From an uncultured Ruminococcus sp. (GTDB lineage: Bacteria; Bacillota; Clostridia; Oscillospirales; Acutalibacteraceae), in assembly GCA_902765625.1 (NCBI GenBank), contig CACXAO010000002.1:1238-65237 (forward strand): a stretch of 64,000 bases of DNA. Reading direction: 5' to 3'. Below are positions 60,331 to 64,000 of this stretch, in pieces (position 1 is the first letter of the stretch; each line of letters starts with the position of its first letter). Below the pieces are notes generated by a model. It worked only from the letters and a program-made list of their open reading frames with translations. It had not been told where the DNA came from and did not search any database. A program made the position numbers and the translations under genes.

Positions 60331-60861
60331 TTATACCCTCCGTTTATTTTTTTCGATTAATTGTTTCAGAATTTCAGGCGCGGCTGTCTGGAACCACACT
60401 GTATAAGCTTCCGGATTTGTCCGCAAATCCTCCGCAAGCTCTTCAAAGGCTATCCACTTGACCTCCTCGGCTTCGTCGGGATTGATCGCATAGTCTCCGC
60501 TGTAATCCGTAAGAAAAACGTGGTCGAATTCATATTCAATCAGCCCGTCGTCAAAAACGTGGCGGTACACAAAGCTGAAGCACTCGCGCACAGGGGAAGA
60601 AAAGCCAAGCTCTTCAATCATCCGTCTCGGTACCGCGTCTGCAAGCGATTCGCCTTCTCTCGGGTGAGAACAACAGGCGTTTGTCCACAAGCCGCCGGAG
60701 TGGTATTTGCTGCGGCTGCGCTTCTGAATAAGCATCCGCCCATCGTGAACCACAAAAACCGAGAAGGCTCTGTGAAGCAATCCCTTTGCATGGGCGTTCG
60801 CCTTGTCTGTGTGTCCTGTTTCGTTGTCAAAAATATCGACTAAGATAATCTCGTCGTTCAT
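60331..60861 (-). CDS. idi: Type 1 isopentenyl-diphosphate delta-isomerase
   Basis: LHRAFS, WTNACCSHP, EELG, EYEFDHVF. Confidence 0.92.
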   Translation of the reverse strand: MNDEIILVDIFDNETGHTDKANAHAKGLLHRAFSVFVVHDGRMLIQKRSRSKYHSGGLWTNACCSHPREGESLADAVPRRMIEELGFSSPVRECFSFVYRHVFDDGLIEYEFDHVFLTDYSGDYAINPDEAEEVKWIAFEELAEDLRTNPEAYTVWFQTAAPEILKQLIEKNKRRV

Positions 60862-61057
60862 ATTTTGAAACCCTCCGATTTTAGTCAGATTATCGGTTTA
60901 TTGTAGAAATTATATCATGAAATCTGCGCAGTTTCAACATTTAAACTGTTTTTTACCAAATATCCCGAAAAGTCAGTACAAAATACTCAAATTGCTATTG
61001 ACTGCCTACCCCGGTAACGTGATATACTATAAGGTGAGATAACATAGAATTGAGGTA

Positions 61058-62287
61058 ATGAAGATGACAAGGCTGAAAAACAATCTTTTAGCTATGCTCT
61101 ACACAGTGCTGCTTGGCGCTATCACCGGAGCAATCGTCTGGTCGTTCTTAAAGTTGATGAACCTCGGCATTACGTTTTTGTGGGATTACCTCCCGGGAAA
61201 GTTGAATTTTCCGTTTTACACCCTTGCGGTTTGCCTTGCCGGCTCGCTTCTGATTGGTCTTTACAAGAGCAAAACAGGTGACTTTCCCGAGGATTTGAGC
61301 GCGGTTATGGGCAAGCTCAAAAAAAGCGGTAAATACCCCTACCACAATATTTTTATAATACTCGGCGCTGCGCTGTTTCCGCTGCTGATCGGCGCTTCGG
61401 TCGGTCCCGAGGCAGGTCTTACAGGCGTTATTGCAGGTCTGTGCTGCTGGGTCGGCGACAAACTCAAGCGTTACCGGAAGGAAACCGAGGAGCTTGCAAA
61501 AATCGGTGCGAGCGCTACTCTGGCAACGATCTTCCGTTCACCGATGTTCGGCTTTATAGAGCCTCTCGAGGGCGAAGCTGACGTAAAGCTGCCTAAAGTA
61601 TCCAAAGCCGTGCTCTACATACTCGCTATACTCAGCTCATTCGGCATTTTCATTCTTCTTAACAAGCTTACCGGCGGCAAAACCGGATTTCCTGCTGTCG
61701 AATACGGCGGAGTGGAGTTGACAGCGTACCTCTGGGCTGTTGCGCTTACTTTCGTCGGAGTTGCGATGGGCTTGATATTTATGGCGTTTGAAAGGCTGTC
61801 TCACTTTTTGCTCGGATTGGTCAAAAACGTGGTAGTGCGCTGCGTAATCGGCGGTCTGGCTTTAGGCGCAATCGGAACGATGCTTCCGCTGACCATGTTC
61901 TCCGGCGAGCACCAGATAGAAAATATTTTGGACGAAGGAACGGCAATCGGCGTGTTCACTCTGCTGCTGATTGCTGTGGCAAAGCTCTTTTTAACGAACG
62001 TCTGCATCGCTTCGGGATTAAAGGGCGGTCACTTCTTCCCTGTTATTTTCTCGGGAATTGCCGCTGGTTTTGCGCTCTCTGTCATCATCGGAATAGATTC
62101 GGGCTTCTGCATGGCTGTTGTGACGGCGGCGCTGCTCGGCAATCTGCTGAAAAAACCGGTAGCCGTTACTCTGTTGCTGCTGATTTTGTTCCCGTGGCAG
62201 CTTGTGCCGATTATGCTTGGCGCGGCGGCGCTTGGCAGCTTTATCGATATTCCTAAGCTGTTCTCAAAAAATAAAGAAACCGAATGA
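61058..62287 (+). CDS. CLC-family chloride channel/transporter
   Basis: GASVGPEAG, FSGE, GGHFFP. Confidence 0.88.
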   Translation: MKMTRLKNNLLAMLYTVLLGAITGAIVWSFLKLMNLGITFLWDYLPGKLNFPFYTLAVCLAGSLLIGLYKSKTGDFPEDLSAVMGKLKKSGKYPYHNIFIILGAALFPLLIGASVGPEAGLTGVIAGLCCWVGDKLKRYRKETEELAKIGASATLATIFRSPMFGFIEPLEGEADVKLPKVSKAVLYILAILSSFGIFILLNKLTGGKTGFPAVEYGGVELTAYLWAVALTFVGVAMGLIFMAFERLSHFLLGLVKNVVVRCVIGGLALGAIGTMLPLTMFSGEHQIENILDEGTAIGVFTLLLIAVAKLFLTNVCIASGLKGGHFFPVIFSGIAAGFALSVIIGIDSGFCMAVVTAALLGNLLKKPVAVTLLLLILFPWQLVPIMLGAAALGSFIDIPKLFSKNKETE

Positions 62288-62342
62288 AAAATTGCCGGAT
62301 AAAACAAGCCTTGCGCCTGTCTTGTCCGGTATTTATTTTCGT

Positions 62343-63347
62343 TTATAGAATTATTTGATCTTGTTTCTTTGTCAGAATCGGACAGTCAGGGTCCGGGAGT
62401 TCGTACCGTCCGGTTCGGGCGAACGCGATACATTTGGCTCCTCCGGCACAAAGCTGAGCATATTCGCACTTCGTGCATTCCGAGGGAACCGCTGCGTTTC
62501 TCACGCTGAGAATTTCCGGACTCTCCGTGTAAATTGACAGCAGGTCGCTTTCGCGGACGTTGCCTGCAACAACCGGTAAACGGCGGCATGCCATAACAGT
62601 GCCGTCAGCCAAAACGGTCAGAAGCCGCTTGCCTGCCATACATTTGTATATATGCTTTTCGCGGCACGGCAAAAATTGCAGCGCACGCGCGCACGAAACC
62701 ATGCCCTTACTGTTCAACCTCGCCGCGCGCTTACTCAAACGGGCAAAATCTACCGCTGAGAGCGAAAGCTGTTCTTTGTCCTCCAAACTTGGAATTACCA
62801 CTCGGTCGTACCACAGCTTGTTCACGCCGATATCGCGGCAAAAACGTGCAAGCTTTGGCAGCTCGTTCAGATTACTTCTCTGAGCGGTAAAAGAAACCGT
62901 CACAAAAATATTGTTCCTGCACAGCAAGCGTATTCCCTCAACCGCGCGCGCAAAACTGCCCTTTCCGCGGATTGCATCATGAACCTTTTCGGTGCCGTCA
63001 AGACTCACCTGAACATAATCCACGCCGCACGCCTTTAACCTTGCAGCCTCGCGCTTGCCTATAAGCGTGCCGTTGGTGAGTACGGCAGCCGTCATTCCGC
63101 GACTCCGAGCCTCAGAGAGAAGCCAAAACAAATCCGGATGCGTCAACGGCTCGCCGCCCGTTATATTGAGATAGCCGTGCATATTCAGCGCATTCAGAAG
63201 CGACCCGTATTGGTCAAGAATCTCACTGAGGGAATCACGCGACTCAAACGCAGAGTAATCGTCCTGATAGCAATGGGTACAGCGTAAATTGCAGGGGTGC
63301 GTTATATGCCATTGAAGTGTAAACCAACCGTCAGTCTTTTTATCCAT
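62343..63347 (-). CDS. Radical SAM/SPASM domain protein
   Basis: LQWHITHPCNLRCTHCY, TGGEP, SLDG; SPASM cysteines CMAG...ACRR...CTKC...CAGGAKC...DPDC. Confidence 0.92.
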   Translation of the reverse strand: MDKKTDGWFTLQWHITHPCNLRCTHCYQDDYSAFESRDSLSEILDQYGSLLNALNMHGYLNITGGEPLTHPDLFWLLSEARSRGMTAAVLTNGTLIGKREAARLKACGVDYVQVSLDGTEKVHDAIRGKGSFARAVEGIRLLCRNNIFVTVSFTAQRSNLNELPKLARFCRDIGVNKLWYDRVVIPSLEDKEQLSLSAVDFARLSKRAARLNSKGMVSCARALQFLPCREKHIYKCMAGKRLLTVLADGTVMACRRLPVVAGNVRESDLLSIYTESPEILSVRNAAVPSECTKCEYAQLCAGGAKCIAFARTGRYELPDPDCPILTKKQDQIIL

Positions 63348-63563
63348 CGAATGCCGTCTCCGTAAATCATTATTACCTTTATGTTATCATGCTTATGTCG
63401 GAATAGCAAGTAAAATCGGCAAAGCATACAATAATATATCATCCGCATTATTGACAAAACTCAATATCGGTAGTACACTTTGGTTATAAAACGGTACGTT
63501 AACCACGGTCAGACTAAAAAAGCGACTGTGAAAAAAATAACTTTATGAAAAAGGAGGAAAAGG

Positions 63564-63905
63564 ATGGACAATATGATTGGCTGCTGCGGTCTGGACTGCA
63601 AAAAATGCGGCGCTTACATTGCTACCGTCAACAACGACGACGAGATGAGAGTTAAGACCGCTAAGCTGTGGAGTGAATGGAACAACACAGATATCCCGCC
63701 CGAGGCAATTAACTGCATGGGGTGCCGTTCCGACGGAGTTAAGGCGTATTACTGCGAAAATCTCTGCGAAATCCGCAAATGCGCCCTCGCAAAGGGCTTT
63801 GAAACCTGCGGAGAGTGCGCCGGGTGGGAAACCTGCAAAACCGTTAAGGCTATTCACGACAACAGCGACGACGCGGTTGAAACACTGAAAGAGATACAAC
63901 AATGA
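63564..63905 (+). CDS. Cys-rich DUF3795-like protein
   Basis: CCGLDCKKC, CMGC, CEIRKCA, CGEC; AGGAGG RBS. Confidence 0.8.
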   Translation: MDNMIGCCGLDCKKCGAYIATVNNDDEMRVKTAKLWSEWNNTDIPPEAINCMGCRSDGVKAYYCENLCEIRKCALAKGFETCGECAGWETCKTVKAIHDNSDDAVETLKEIQQ

Positions 63906-64000
63906 AAACCTAGATCCGGGCTGCTGAACATTGAAACCGCCGTAGCCGTCAGAGCCTTTATCGTAAACACAATCGGTGCTGGCGGCGCGGCACAGGACTT

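Noticed and set aside
63902-64000. Gene starting at the ATG overlapping the DUF3795-like stop
   Set aside because: It stops after three codons (ATG AAA ACC TAG), and too little sequence remains to judge

Overview
About 50 genes of core and accessory chromosome from an anaerobic, probably spore-forming Clostridia member. Four dockerin-bearing proteins and spoVAD suggest a Ruminococcus/Oscillospiraceae gut or rumen organism (inference). At the left end, a serine-recombinase/TnpV element sits inside spoVAD and truncates it. The window also carries a TetM-like GTPase fused to a Rae1/YacP NYN nuclease, an esterase-fold protein lacking its catalytic Ser, a C1 protease + tannase lipoprotein pair, and luxS. 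A sucrose regulon (scrB, scrK, amylosucrase, scrR, HAD, scrA, HPr, ptsI) has three lesions in its uptake arm. The most striking feature is an 8-gene redox operon: a double-cubane-type HgdAB-family protein, a paralog that has lost all its cluster cysteines, an ATP-dependent activase, a membrane polyferredoxin, a CcdA/DsbD-like protein, an anchored Cys-motif protein and a two-component system. Further right are an aryl-alcohol/aldehyde dehydrogenase-MFS operon, a type 1 IDI, a CLC protein and an orphan radical SAM/SPASM enzyme. No rRNA, tRNA or CRISPR array was seen. All family calls come from motif recognition by eye; no searches were run.
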